Origin: an uncultured virus (IMG/VR IMGVR_UViG_3300034082_002556)
Taxonomy: Duplodnaviria; Heunggongvirae; Uroviricota; Caudoviricetes
Direction: 5' to 3' (one strand)
IMG/VR virus record: IMGVR_UViG_3300034082_002556
Length of the DNA: 64,000 nucleotides
Within the stretch, counting starts at the first letter, position 1, and the number at the start of each line of letters is the position of its first letter. The position numbers and the translations under genes were made by a program. The notes below the pieces were generated by a model. The model was not told where the DNA came from, did no database searches, and was given only the letters and a program-made list of their open reading frames with translations. Positions 1 to 9,800 of this stretch are shown one piece after another.

Positions 1-3000
1 CCACTGACGTTACCAGTTGCTGTGATTAGCCCGGCTGTGATTAAATTACCACCAGTAATGTTACCAGTGCCAGCTGTGACGTTACCAACAATTGACACTG
101 TTGTTGCCGCTAGTGTTATAGTGGTCACATTTGATACTGTGTTCATTTTTATACCACTAGTGGCGGCTGCCCAAGGTATAATTGAAAGTCCTACGTTACC
201 TATGCTAGTACCAGTAGCCAGCAATGCTATATCGCCAGTAGATTGTAAACTGTTATAAGAACCATTGGTAATGTTGGCCACAACTGCAAGGCCGTTTGTA
301 CCATTAACAATATTAACTGTTTTGCTGGATCCCTGTGGTGCTGTATCTGTCACAGATAAAAGTGTGGCAGCAGCCGCATTTCCCGAAATATTAAGATTAC
401 CACCGGTAATTGTGCCTGTGACACTTACTGTGGTTCCTGTGTGAGTTGTGGCATTGACATTGGCACCACCGAGTATGTTACCACCTGTGATGTTGCCAGT
501 TACCGAAACTGTGGTTCCTGTGTGAGTTGTGGCATTGACATTGGCACCACCTAAGATATTGCCACCTGTGATGTTGCCGGTTACACTTAAACTACCTAAA
601 GTACCCACCGAAGTAATATTTGTTTGTGCGGCAGTTTGTAGTGTACCGGTTATCAATGCTCCTGAGTTACCAATTGTGGCCGCTGAGATACTTGCACCAG
701 TAAAGGCAGCCCCTGCGTTACCAATTGTGGCTGCATTGACAGTTGTGCCAGTTAATGTACCACTTAGTGTCAGGCCAGTTAATGTACCAACTGACGTAAT
801 ATTAGGTTGTGCCGCAGTGGTCACAGTGGCTGCTGTGGTGGCTGCGCCAGTCAATGCACCTACAAATGTAGTTGATGTCACACTGGTCAATCCAGCAACT
901 GTCGTAACTGTGGATCCAAGTGTGAGTGCTGTACTACCCAATGTCACTGTGGCATTGGCCAAACGTGCTTGTGCCAATGTTCCAGTTGAAATGTTACTTG
1001 CATTCAGTGCTGTTAGTGCAGAGCCGTTTCCAGATACATTAGTAAAGTCACCGTTTGTACCACTTACTCGTGTTCCGCTTACGTTACCCGATGTTACGTT
1101 TCCGGTCACCGATAACGATCCCAATGTACCCACCGAAGTGATATTTGTCTGTGCCGCTGTGGTCAGTGTGCCTACGATACTAGTGCCTGATAAATTGCCA
1201 CTTGTGATGTTACCAGTTACAGCCAAACTACCCAATGTGCCCACTGATGTAATGTTGGTTTGTGCGGCTGTGGTCAACGTACCCACGATACTAGTGCCTG
1301 ATAAATTACCGCCACTGATGTTGCCGGTTGCTGATATGAGCCCTGTGGTAGAAAGGTTACCCGCGGCAGTATTGCCATAAAGAGTAATATTAGTTACAGC
1401 ACCAGAAGTAGCAGATCCAACAGTGACATCGGTGTTGGATCCCGATGCTCCCAGAGTACCAATGTTGATGGTCTTGACACTACCTGAAGCAGTAACACCG
1501 TTGCCAATAACAATACTTTGATTGGCTGTACTACGTCCAATGTTGATGGCACCAGTGGCACCTGTGCCGCCCAGCGTGTAGACTCCCGTGGTCTGAGCTG
1601 TCATCTGATTCAAAGTACCAGTGGTAATACCTGTGGCAAAGTTTATTGTACCAGAGGTAGTGCCTGTGATCAATGAAGTGGTGCCACTACTTGAAGTAGC
1701 GGCATGATTTGGAGAACTAATGGATGTAGCTGCGGTCACAGCGCCCACGAGTCTTGTGGATCCGCTAGCATTAAAGTTATTGTTGACCGAAAGATTATTG
1801 CCCACATTAAAATCTGTTTCAGTAGTCCACTGGGGACCGTAAAACTGCCCAGTTGGGGTGTCTGTGGCATACTGGAATACGCGATCGTTATCATAGTCTG
1901 ACACATAAGCCACACCTGCCGATTCATTCACATAGAGTCCACTAGCCCCACCAATAGCATATGGTCCGGATCCGTATATGGGCAATTGACTGTTGTAAGA
2001 CAGGGTGCTGACATTCCAGGGTGTAGACAGATCAAACTGCGTGATACGATTGTAAGTGGATCCCACAATCCACATCTTGGTGCCATCGCTGGAAAAGGCC
2101 AAACCTTCCGGCACGGTTTCATAAGCAGCCAGTGACGATGATACCTGAACAAAACTGGCTGTGCTTACATTCCATGCAGTGCCAAGATTGTATTCATTGA
2201 CATCATCACCAGTGGAGCCTGTTACAAACAGTTGGGTACCATCAGGGCGGAACCAAAAACCAGTGGGTGCAGATTCTTGACTACTTAGACTAAACTGAAT
2301 GCTGGCAAAACTAGCTGATCCTATGTCCCAAGCTGATGATAAGGTGTATTGATCTATGTCGTCGTTGGAACCATCCAACACATACATAACAGTGCCATCA
2401 CTCTTGAAATGCACATCATAGGGGCTTGTGCCTTGACTGGACACTACAAAAGCATTACTATACGTAGCTGTTGATACATCCCAGGCGGTACCTAGATCAT
2501 ACTGTAGGATATCATTGCCGGAGTTTCCCACCACATACATCCTGGTGCCATCGGGTTTAAAAAACACACCTCTTGGTTCTGAATCCTCTGAGGCAACGCT
2601 AAAGCTGGTCTCGTAGTACCAACCAGCTGTGGTAGCTACAGAACCAATGCTGGCATCAGCATTGCTGATTACTAAATTACTACTGGTTATGTTGCCTGTT
2701 ACACTAACTCTACCCGTGACGTCCAGGCCGCTGGTGCTAAATACTGCTATATTTGATGTACCACCCACACCAACAGTCACGTTGCCGCCAGAGCTTACTA
2801 CATTAACGTTGCTAGTGCCGTTGCTGATGGAATTTAAACTTACTCCAGTAACTCCAATGGTAACAGTTCTAGTTCCGTTATTTCCCACAATAGAAATGTT
2901 ATTACCAGCAGTCAGGGTAAGTGTATCGCCAACTGATGTGGCCAACACTGCTGTACCGTTTGCAAAGATATTGCTATAACCAAATGCAGCATTTTTTTCA

Positions 3001-3371
3001 AATACCAATGCCGTGGTTCCAATTACAATTGGATTATTTGTTATTAACTTCCATTGTGTGTCAGCGTTGACTGAGCCTTCAGTGACCATTACAATCATGC
3101 CAGCCTCAATCTCACCATTGGTATCAGCATCGCCAGTGCGTTGCCAGGTACCGTTGGATCCAGTTCCTAATGTGGTTACATAATATAAACCGTTTTGGCT
3201 TCCAGTACTCTGGCCTGCCACTAGAACACGATCGTTAAGAACCAGCGTTACCCCGTCGACACTGCTGGGAGCACCACCTGATAATGTCACATTTGATATC
3301 GTGATCACACGAACTGCTTGCTTGTAGTCAAGGTTCGAAATCTGTTGTGCTGCGATCCGTGTTAATGCCAT
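1..3371 (-). CDS. Long tail-fibre/adhesin-like virion protein (partial, runs off the window start); contains a beta-propeller segment at ~1880-2620 and GNITGGN/TAAQTNITSVG repeats
   Basis: Not in the ORF track because there is no stop in the window. ATG at 3371 gives MALTRIAAQQISNLDYKQAVRV..DGVTLVLNDRVLVAGQSTGSQNGLY. Repeated F(K/R)PDGT-MY..QY-L-TAWDVSTA blades. CTAAATA promoter-like box upstream. Confidence 0.8.
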   Translation of the reverse strand, partial: MALTRIAAQQISNLDYKQAVRVITISNVTLSGGAPSSVDGVTLVLNDRVLVAGQSTGSQNGLYYVTTLGTGSNGTWQRTGDADTNGEIEAGMIVMVTEGSVNADTQWKLITNNPIVIGTTALVFEKNAAFGYSNIFANGTAVLATSVGDTLTLTAGNNISIVGNNGTRTVTIGVTGVSLNSISNGTSNVNVVSSGGNVTVGVGGTSNIAVFSTSGLDVTGRVSVTGNITSSNLVISNADASIGSVATTAGWYYETSFSVASEDSEPRGVFFKPDGTRMYVVGNSGNDILQYDLGTAWDVSTATYSNAFVVSSQGTSPYDVHFKSDGTVMYVLDGSNDDIDQYTLSSAWDIGSASFASIQFSLSSQESAPTGFWFRPDGTQLFVTGSTGDDVNEYNLGTAWNVSTASFVQVSSSLAAYETVPEGLAFSSDGTKMWIVGSTYNRITQFDLSTPWNVSTLSYNSQLPIYGSGPYAIGGASGLYVNESAGVAYVSDYDNDRVFQYATDTPTGQFYGPQWTTETDFNVGNNLSVNNNFNASGSTRLVGAVTAATSISSPNHAATSSSGTTSLITGTTSGTINFATGITTGTLNQMTAQTTGVYTLGGTGATGAINIGRSTANQSIVIGNGVTASGSVKTINIGTLGASGSNTDVTVGSATSGAVTNITLYGNTAAGNLSTTGLISATGNISGGNLSGTSIVGTLTTAAQTNITSVGTLGSLAVTGNITSGNLSGTSIVGTLTTAAQTNITSVGTLGSLSVTGNVTSGNVSGTRVSGTNGDFTNVSGNGSALTALNASNISTGTLAQARLANATVTLGSTALTLGSTVTTVAGLTSVTSTTFVGALTGAATTAATVTTAAQPNITSVGTLTGLTLSGTLTGTTVNAATIGNAGAAFTGASISAATIGNSGALITGTLQTAAQTNITSVGTLGSLSVTGNITGGNILGGANVNATTHTGTTVSVTGNITGGNILGGANVNATTHTGTTVSVTGTITGGNLNISGNAAAATLLSVTDTAPQGSSKTVNIVNGTNGLAVVANITNGSYNSLQSTGDIALLATGTSIGNVGLSIIPWAAATSGIKMNTVSNVTTITLAATTVSIVGNVTAGTGNITGGNLITAGLITATGNVS
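427..551. repeat. 44-nt direct repeat (427-470, 508-551; 81-nt period) within the fibre gene
   Basis: actgtggttcctgtgtgagttgtggcattgacattggcaccacc occurs twice. Confidence 0.85.
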
Positions 3372-3400
3372 GTATTCACCATTCTAATGGAGTATTTAGT

Positions 3401-3434
3401 CAAAAAAATAGGATCATTTCAAATGATCCTATTC
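3401..3434 (-). terminator. Rho-independent terminator
   Basis: aataggatcattt-c-aaatgatcctatt inverted repeat with a minus-strand U tract, downstream of the 1147-aa fibre gene. Confidence 0.75.
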
Positions 3435-3455
3435 TTGAGCTAGTGATACAAATGC

Positions 3456-6400
3456 TTAGTTTCGACCAATCACAACTTCAATTGTGCCCTCAGCACCACT
3501 AAAGTTTTCCAGAGCTTTACCAATAATAGTACCTGCACGAGCTGCATTATCAGCTTGAGCTGCACCGTTACCAGCAGCCACCATCAAATCACCCTTGGCC
3601 ACAGTGCCAACTACTCGACACGGCACACGCCCTTGCAATGCTACCATTGCCACGTGTTCGCCAGTTAAGCCAGCATTCATAATGTAACTTGGGTTTGTAG
3701 ATACTACACCTGCCACGCGAGTTGAACCTGCTTCAGTAGACAGTGTAACTTCCTCTTCACCACCAAATGCCAGCACTGTTCCCGGTGCGTACTCTGCATC
3801 AGCAACATATTTCTCTGCCAAGTCAGCGTATTGTGCAGACGTTGCTTTGGCAAAAATTGTATTAAAGAACACACTGGAACTACCAATGTTACCTACGCCG
3901 TTAGCGTTAGAGTTAACAATGTTACCAACTGTGAGTGATCCAGTGCCTAGGGTTAAACCACCAGTTGAGAACACAGCCACGTTGCTGGTTCCACCGACGC
4001 CCACCGATACGTTTCCGCCACTACTTGTCACGCGAACATTACTTGTACCACTTTGGATACTGGTTGCATCAATACCTGTTAGTTGGCTACCGTTACCCAG
4101 AATAAAACTACCTGTGATGTTGCCAGTAGCACTCACAACACCAGTTACAAAAGCACCGGTTGTGCCAAACACTGCCACGTTTGAAGTTCCACCCACAGTG
4201 ATGTTGGCGTTGCCGCTAGGTGTTTGAATATCAATACTAGTTGTACCGTTTTGTACTCTATCACCCAAAATGTTACCACTCAATGTGGCATTGCCTGACA
4301 CGGACAAGTTACCTGTGATGTCAATACCTGTGCTGCTCACATTAAACACTGTGGCGCCTGCAACGTTGCCTCTGATGTTGCCACCGGATGCAATTACTGA
4401 TACAGCACTTGTGCCGTTTGCAATGGTTGTTGTGTCAACGCTGGTTGATGCAATTGTGGCTGGAGTTGTTCCATCTGGACCGTAGAACGCAATAGTGTTA
4501 CCACCTGCCACGTTCTTCATGACCACGTTGCCCATAACAATTGTGCTGCCAGATACAAACAAACTGTCCCAACGATTGGTGATGCTGCCTAGGCTGTACA
4601 CACCATTGCCAACTGGTACCAAGTTACCTGTCACATCAAACTGTATTGCAGTTGAGTTGCCATCAAATGATGCTCCAACTGGGCCTTGAATTGATGACAC
4701 ACTTGATGTGGTTGTCAATTGACGGAATTCAAGTTCTGCGCCCGGGAAAGGAGCTTCAGTAAATGTCAGTGTTGTTCCCGACACAGAGTATGCATTCACA
4801 GGACTTTGTGTAACACCGTTTATGGTGACCAGTGTGCCATTTGTTGTGCCAGTCTGTGGCAATGTAAATGCTACTGTTGTGCCATCACCAGTTGCTGCTG
4901 TGTTGACGATCACAGTAAATGCTGTTTGAGCAGCTTGCCATGCATTGGCTGTGTAGTATTCCAACGAATTACTTGTTGTGTTGAAACGTGTCATACCAGT
5001 CACGCCAGTTGCTGGACGCTGAGCTGTATTACCAACAGGTAACAAGATAGAATTGGTTGTGTTAAATGCTGCAATAGCATTCACTGTCTGTGCTGAACTG
5101 CCAAAACTAGTAGTACCGGTTCCAGCATCAATATAAAATACGTTGGCTAGTGTATCGCCATCAACTGCAAAGTCAACATCAGCATCAGCACTGTTCATGG
5201 TGATTCTACCAGCATTTGAGTTTACATTGCTGCCGCTGATTTCAATATTGCCAAATGTGCCTGACCCAGCTGTGGTTACGTTGCCGCCGGTGATGTTACC
5301 AGTTGCTGATGCCACACCAGTTACAAACACACCTGTTGTGGCAAACACCGCCACGTTTGAAGTGCCACCCACGCTGATGTTGGCATTGCCGTTGGCAACT
5401 CCAATATTGGCTTCAGTTGTGCCGTTAAAGATCTTGCTTGAAGTGTAACCTGTGGCAAACGCAATGTTTGCCAGCAAATAGTTGCCAATTAGGTTGCCAG
5501 TTGCACTAACAAGGCCGGTAGTGATTAAGTTGCCACCCGACACGTTGCCTGTTGCAGTGGAACTTTGCAGGAATGCATTACCAGCTTGGAAAGTTCCAAA
5601 CGAGTTGACAGTGATAACATCGTTAGCAATGGTAACATTGCCGGCTGCAAACATGTTGCCAGACGAGTTATCCCAACCCATGAACGCATTGCCAGGTGCA
5701 GTGGTGTAATATGTTAACAAGCTACCACGATCTTTGCCGTCGTTTATGGTTAATGGAGCACCGTTCGCTCCGCCGCCCATTTGAATAACAGGGTCAACCA
5801 CACGCAGGTCAGTAACGTTGATATATGTCAAGTTACCTTGCACTGCCAAGTTACCGGCAATGGTAGCATCACCGCTGGTGACCAGTGTACCTGTTGATGT
5901 TAAGCCAGTTGTTGTCAAGTTGCCAGCAGTTACGTTACCAGTTGCACTCAATGCTGTTGATACAGTTACAATACCAGTTCCGTTGGTGTCAAGATTTATA
6001 TTAGCATTTGTTGCTGTGGCCTGTATGTTTAAGTTTGCCAGGGCATCAATAATTGCCCCGGTAAGAAGAAGATTACCACCGCTGATGTTGCCAGCAGTGA
6101 CAATATTGCCACCATTAATGTTGCCAGTTGCTGTGACCAAACCGCCAGTTATTATGTTTCCGCCAGTGACGTTGCCACTTGCGCTTGACACGCCAGTAAC
6201 AAACACACCTGTTGTGGCAAACACTGCCACGTTTGAAGTTCCGCCAACTGAGATATTGGCATTGCCGTTAGCAACACCAATGTTGGCTTCAGTTGTGCCG
6301 TTGAAAATTTTGCTTGAAGTATAACCAGTTGCAAACGCAATGTTTGCCAGCAAGTAGTTGCCAATCAAGTTACCGGTTGCACTGACAAGGCCAGTTGTTA

Positions 6401-6899
6401 TTAGGTTACCGCCGGTGATGTTACCACTTGCGCTTGCTGTACCTGTGATATTGGCGCCAGTTGTGGTGGCTACTAGTACGTTTGTGCCATTGGGTGCCAG
6501 GTTAATGTTGCCACTTGAACCGGTAATGATACTCAATGCACCTGTATCAACAATGTTGCCTGTGATATTCAGGTTACCACCGTTTAGGTTGCCAGTTGCA
6601 CTGACCAAGCCAGCAGTGACAATATTGCCGCCGATCACGTTGCCGGTTGCTGTGACCAAACCGCCTGTGGTTATGTTACCACCAACAACGTTGCCAGTCG
6701 CATTGACAATACCACCTGTGTTGACGTTGCTGCCTAGAATGTTACCTATAACATGCAACGGGGCAGTGGGCGAGCTGTTTAAAATACCAACCCTGTTGTT
6801 GGTAATATCAAAAAATGCCAAGTTCCCCTGAATGGAGAGGTTGGCTCCACGTTGCAGATTATCTGCAAGTATATTACCTACAACTTTTGTGATTGCCAT
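3456..6899 (-). CDS. Tail fibre / long virion fibre with C-terminal peptidase G2-like intramolecular chaperone domain
   Basis: 1147 aa of GNITGGN repeats; C-terminal SAQYADLAEKY..PGTV..VVSTNP..GRVPCRV..KGD motif. Confidence 0.75.
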   Translation of the reverse strand: MAITKVVGNILADNLQRGANLSIQGNLAFFDITNNRVGILNSSPTAPLHVIGNILGSNVNTGGIVNATGNVVGGNITTGGLVTATGNVIGGNIVTAGLVSATGNLNGGNLNITGNIVDTGALSIITGSSGNINLAPNGTNVLVATTTGANITGTASASGNITGGNLITTGLVSATGNLIGNYLLANIAFATGYTSSKIFNGTTEANIGVANGNANISVGGTSNVAVFATTGVFVTGVSSASGNVTGGNIITGGLVTATGNINGGNIVTAGNISGGNLLLTGAIIDALANLNIQATATNANINLDTNGTGIVTVSTALSATGNVTAGNLTTTGLTSTGTLVTSGDATIAGNLAVQGNLTYINVTDLRVVDPVIQMGGGANGAPLTINDGKDRGSLLTYYTTAPGNAFMGWDNSSGNMFAAGNVTIANDVITVNSFGTFQAGNAFLQSSTATGNVSGGNLITTGLVSATGNLIGNYLLANIAFATGYTSSKIFNGTTEANIGVANGNANISVGGTSNVAVFATTGVFVTGVASATGNITGGNVTTAGSGTFGNIEISGSNVNSNAGRITMNSADADVDFAVDGDTLANVFYIDAGTGTTSFGSSAQTVNAIAAFNTTNSILLPVGNTAQRPATGVTGMTRFNTTSNSLEYYTANAWQAAQTAFTVIVNTAATGDGTTVAFTLPQTGTTNGTLVTINGVTQSPVNAYSVSGTTLTFTEAPFPGAELEFRQLTTTSSVSSIQGPVGASFDGNSTAIQFDVTGNLVPVGNGVYSLGSITNRWDSLFVSGSTIVMGNVVMKNVAGGNTIAFYGPDGTTPATIASTSVDTTTIANGTSAVSVIASGGNIRGNVAGATVFNVSSTGIDITGNLSVSGNATLSGNILGDRVQNGTTSIDIQTPSGNANITVGGTSNVAVFGTTGAFVTGVVSATGNITGSFILGNGSQLTGIDATSIQSGTSNVRVTSSGGNVSVGVGGTSNVAVFSTGGLTLGTGSLTVGNIVNSNANGVGNIGSSSVFFNTIFAKATSAQYADLAEKYVADAEYAPGTVLAFGGEEEVTLSTEAGSTRVAGVVSTNPSYIMNAGLTGEHVAMVALQGRVPCRVVGTVAKGDLMVAAGNGAAQADNAARAGTIIGKALENFSGAEGTIEVVIGRN
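5313..6413 (-). repeat. Internal duplication: 75 identical residues encoded at 6189-6413 and 5313-5537
   Basis: GGNLITTGLVSATGNLIG...FATTGVFVTGV occurs twice; the DNA copies differ only by synonymous substitutions. Confidence 0.9.
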
Positions 6900-6926
6900 A
6901 CTTGATCCCCAATATAATGTTATTGG

Positions 6927-6933
6927 TATTTAT
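6927..6933 (-). promoter_or_regulatory. T4-type late promoter (ATAAATA)
   Basis: Match to the T4 late consensus TATAAATA, upstream of the fibre gene. Confidence 0.6.
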
Positions 6934-6963
6934 GATCTGGGCCAGAATAACTAAACTGTGTGT

Positions 6964-7359
6964 TTAAGTTGCGCTATGAATAACATTGATGGGCATGCCG
7001 TCTGGTGGCGCACCTGAGAAAGTGATGTCAAATCCACCATTGACAGAATACACTGTGGGATCTTGATATATTGCCCCAATAAACACAATAATCTGTGCCG
7101 ACTGAGATTCGGCAATGCTCATGGTAAATGTGGTTGTGACTCCGTTGCCTGTGAATGAGTCAACTGTGTAAGCAATTGATCCAGCTTGAGATAGTGTCAC
7201 AAATTGAATTCCGTTAAAGAACTCCACAGATGCAATGTCAGTATTGTACCGAATAAGTCCAAAGCTGGGTGCCAGGGGTCTAGTGGCTGATCCGCCAGCA
7301 GGTAACACAACACCACTGCTGCCTGATTGTAACTGTCTGTTTTTAACGTAGTAGCCCAT
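6964..7359 (-). CDS. Small virion structural protein (fibre-associated)
   Basis: Shares LP-G---RP----G--RYNT and F-G(N/D)G-TT-FT modules with the adjacent 1147-aa fibre. Confidence 0.6.
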   Translation of the reverse strand: MGYYVKNRQLQSGSSGVVLPAGGSATRPLAPSFGLIRYNTDIASVEFFNGIQFVTLSQAGSIAYTVDSFTGNGVTTTFTMSIAESQSAQIIVFIGAIYQDPTVYSVNGGFDITFSGAPPDGMPINVIHSAT

Positions 7360-7673
7360 TAAATTGTAGTGTAACTTGTGACTGCACTCACTGCTGAGTT
7401 TCCACTGGCATTGATTTGCACCGTGTCGCCATTGGATAACAACAGTTTTTCACCGCCTGCATACAGTTGATATGTATCCAGCGTGGTGATTGGTATACTT
7501 GCCAGTACTTTGTTAATACTATTTGCAGTCCCACCGCTTGGCACCACATGGACATTGGCAGTTATATTGCCCACACTGTAATTACACAAACTTAAAAATG
7601 TAATAGCAGTATTACCCGAGCTGGTATAAACTGCTGTTGTGGTAGTTGATACATTTGCTGTTGTAATTGTCAT
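7359..7673 (-). CDS. Hypothetical virion protein
   Basis: 104-aa Thr/Ser-rich, beta-rich ORF, translationally coupled to the next gene. Confidence 0.55.
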   Translation of the reverse strand: MTITTANVSTTTTAVYTSSGNTAITFLSLCNYSVGNITANVHVVPSGGTANSINKVLASIPITTLDTYQLYAGGEKLLLSNGDTVQINASGNSAVSAVTSYTTI

Positions 7674-7682
7674 TCTGATTCC

Positions 7683-8333
7683 TTAAAATATTATAGCAAA
7701 CACAATTGCTTTGCTCTTGCTCACTAGTTCATCGTCAACTGAACTAGATACCACGTATAACCCAGTGCCGCCAGCACCAACTACTTTGTTGTACATCACT
7801 ACTGAATTGGCCACACTTGATGGGGTTGTTCCAATGTTACCCAACGCCACATGGCCCTGAATTGTTAATTTTCCTGTGACTTTGTCAAATGCCAAAGCAG
7901 AGTTGCCACCAAATGTGCCACTATCGTTGAACTGCACAAATGTATTACTACCACCGGGAGTAGTAGTGGCCCCAGTAGTAAGGTTGGCATAGGCTACAAT
8001 AGGGGCACCATTAGCATCCACACTTGGGCTCACTTGCCAGGCCAAGTTACCGTTATCAAACCGTATGCCAGCAAATGTATTTGATGATGTTTGAGTAACC
8101 AGGCCCTGTTGCTGGAATGTTGCATTGGCAATTATACCAGCATTGTTACCAGCCACTGTAATGAACGGATCATCAACTGTGAGGTCGTTTACATTGATGT
8201 ATGTAACGTTACCTGTCACCTCCAAGTTGCCAGTAACGGTCACTGTGTGGGTGATGATGTTTACATTGTCGCCGGCCGAGGGGTCAACACTGGCAATTGT
8301 GTAATCTCCATCAATTCTTTTGTAAGTAGCCAT
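7683..8333 (-). CDS. Virion structural / fibre-like protein
   Basis: GNLEVTGNVTYINVNDLTVDDPFI and GGSNTFVQFNDSG fibre-type motifs; ATAAATA at 8351-8357. Confidence 0.6.
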   Translation of the reverse strand: MATYKRIDGDYTIASVDPSAGDNVNIITHTVTVTGNLEVTGNVTYINVNDLTVDDPFITVAGNNAGIIANATFQQQGLVTQTSSNTFAGIRFDNGNLAWQVSPSVDANGAPIVAYANLTTGATTTPGGSNTFVQFNDSGTFGGNSALAFDKVTGKLTIQGHVALGNIGTTPSSVANSVVMYNKVVGAGGTGLYVVSSSVDDELVSKSKAIVFAIIF

Positions 8334-8918
8334 CTATAGATCCTTTTTATTATTTATTCGTTTGATAAAGGTATCAAGTGCTAGATGAGTGAGATTTTCA
8401 ATTTTTGATAGCTCAAGCACAGACGCCGTTGTGGGCCCTTGCACACGTATAAATTGCTGTCGAGGATGATCAGCAATAACTTTAGTTATCTGTTTTATCC
8501 AGTTGCCAGTGAATGTAGGGTGTGCCCCGTATTCCTTGTAGAACTCTGTACCTGCGTACATATTGTTAAATTTCCCCGATTCTGACGGACCCATATCAAA
8601 TCCCAGCAAGTAGATTCGCACATTACCATCCTGGGCTGCAATTGCTGCGGCAATTGGCCCTGAACTAAATCCAAAATACTCTTTGGGGACTTTTTGAGCG
8701 CCGGTGTCGGCTACAGGACGACGAGTGTAAAATCTGTTGGTTAAACTGTAACCTGATTTTTGAATGGCCTGCGCAATAGGGGTGTCTGTTGCTACCAGGG
8801 CCGTGACCGTGTGTGTCCGGTACAGTGCATTGCAGCCATAAACTGGACCAATTTTGAGTAACTCGTCAACTTCTATGGAATCTCTACTGACTCCGTTTCC
8901 CAACACAAATGCTGCCAT
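8334..8918 (-). CDS. Putative glycosyltransferase-like protein (Maf/DUF115, sialyltransferase-like fold)
   Basis: AFVLGNG-SR, VYGCNALYR, SSG--A and IYLLGFD motifs. Confidence 0.55.
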   Translation of the reverse strand: MAAFVLGNGVSRDSIEVDELLKIGPVYGCNALYRTHTVTALVATDTPIAQAIQKSGYSLTNRFYTRRPVADTGAQKVPKEYFGFSSGPIAAAIAAQDGNVRIYLLGFDMGPSESGKFNNMYAGTEFYKEYGAHPTFTGNWIKQITKVIADHPRQQFIRVQGPTTASVLELSKIENLTHLALDTFIKRINNKKDL

Positions 8919-8954
8919 AAAAAAATCCTCCCTATTATGTAGTAGGGAGGATTT
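8919..8954 (-). terminator. Terminator-like hairpin overlapping the RBS of the next gene
   Basis: aaatcctcccta / tagggaggattt inverted repeat with U tract immediately before the ATG at 8918. Confidence 0.7.
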
Positions 8955-8967
8955 GGATTGGAAAATA

Positions 8968-9654
8968 TTAAGATGTATACTGTAATATCTGACCCAGGCT
9001 CAATATATTTTGTTGAGTTGCTGAGTTGCCAATGTTTTGTGTGCCTGATTTTATTTCAGTACCTTCATCAGTAAAGAAGTTGATGGCATAACGAACTGGA
9101 GGAACGCTGTAGTCAAGTGCAAATTTATTGGTTAATTTGCTGATCCCAATTTCTGTACTGTCAGAGTTCACGTTCATTGTGATGTTCATTTCACCACTAG
9201 CTGGAGTTGTGTCGTTGACTAGAGCACAAGTTCCCACTAGGTAAACTGTTCCTGTTCCACTGCCGGCAGCCGTGCAAGTGAACGTGTCACCCACGCTGGC
9301 ATTGGATGCAGCACCGGAGGCTTGCCAATTGGTAGTACCAAGACTAACAATGTAATATGTGTTACCAACAACCATGGCTTCGTCGTTGATAGCATTGACT
9401 GCGGCCACTAGGTATTTGATAGTGCCCTTCTGGCGCAGAATAAAAGCATCACGAAATTCACTGTCACCGGCAATAAATGCCACACATTTGACTACTGGAT
9501 ATGCTGTTGATGCTACAGATTTGGCACCGCCAACAACGCCAGCAAACTGATCCGTGTTAAACGTTGCTGGAAATACTGGATTTGTAAGTTCAGACCACAT
9601 GTTAAAACCAATGTCAACAGTGGTTGATTTTTTTATTTTTAGAGGACGTCCCAT
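8968..9654 (-). CDS. Hypothetical virion protein (MGRPL N-terminus)
   Basis: 228-aa ORF with strong SD (AAGGAG) and late promoter at 9748-9754. Confidence 0.6.
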   Translation of the reverse strand: MGRPLKIKKSTTVDIGFNMWSELTNPVFPATFNTDQFAGVVGGAKSVASTAYPVVKCVAFIAGDSEFRDAFILRQKGTIKYLVAAVNAINDEAMVVGNTYYIVSLGTTNWQASGAASNASVGDTFTCTAAGSGTGTVYLVGTCALVNDTTPASGEMNITMNVNSDSTEIGISKLTNKFALDYSVPPVRYAINFFTDEGTEIKSGTQNIGNSATQQNILSLGQILQYTS

Positions 9655-9659
9655 TTTGT

Positions 9660-9754
9660 TTTCTCCTTAAAGAAGTCCGATGCGGGTTCTAGCCGCTACG
9701 CCGCTGGGTTTAATCATCAGCATAAAACACATTATTGTGTTGACAAGTATTTAT
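9660..9754 (-). promoter_or_regulatory. Late promoter (ATAAATA, 9748-9754) plus structured ~90-nt 5' leader
   Basis: Three short stem-loops lie between the promoter and the SD. Confidence 0.5.
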
Positions 9755-9800
9755 GAGCAAGATAATAAATGCCAGTGTAGTTACGAGTTTAAATATGCAC

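Noticed and set aside
5313..6413. Possible diversity-generating retroelement TR/VR pair
   Set aside because: Differences are synonymous and involve all bases rather than being adenine-specific; no reverse transcriptase in the window
22..6831. Many plus-strand ORFs rich in Pro/Val/Leu (e.g. 529-1380, 5818-6324, 6358-6831)
   Set aside because: Antisense shadows of the repetitive Gly/Asn/Thr fibre genes; no RBS or protein-like content
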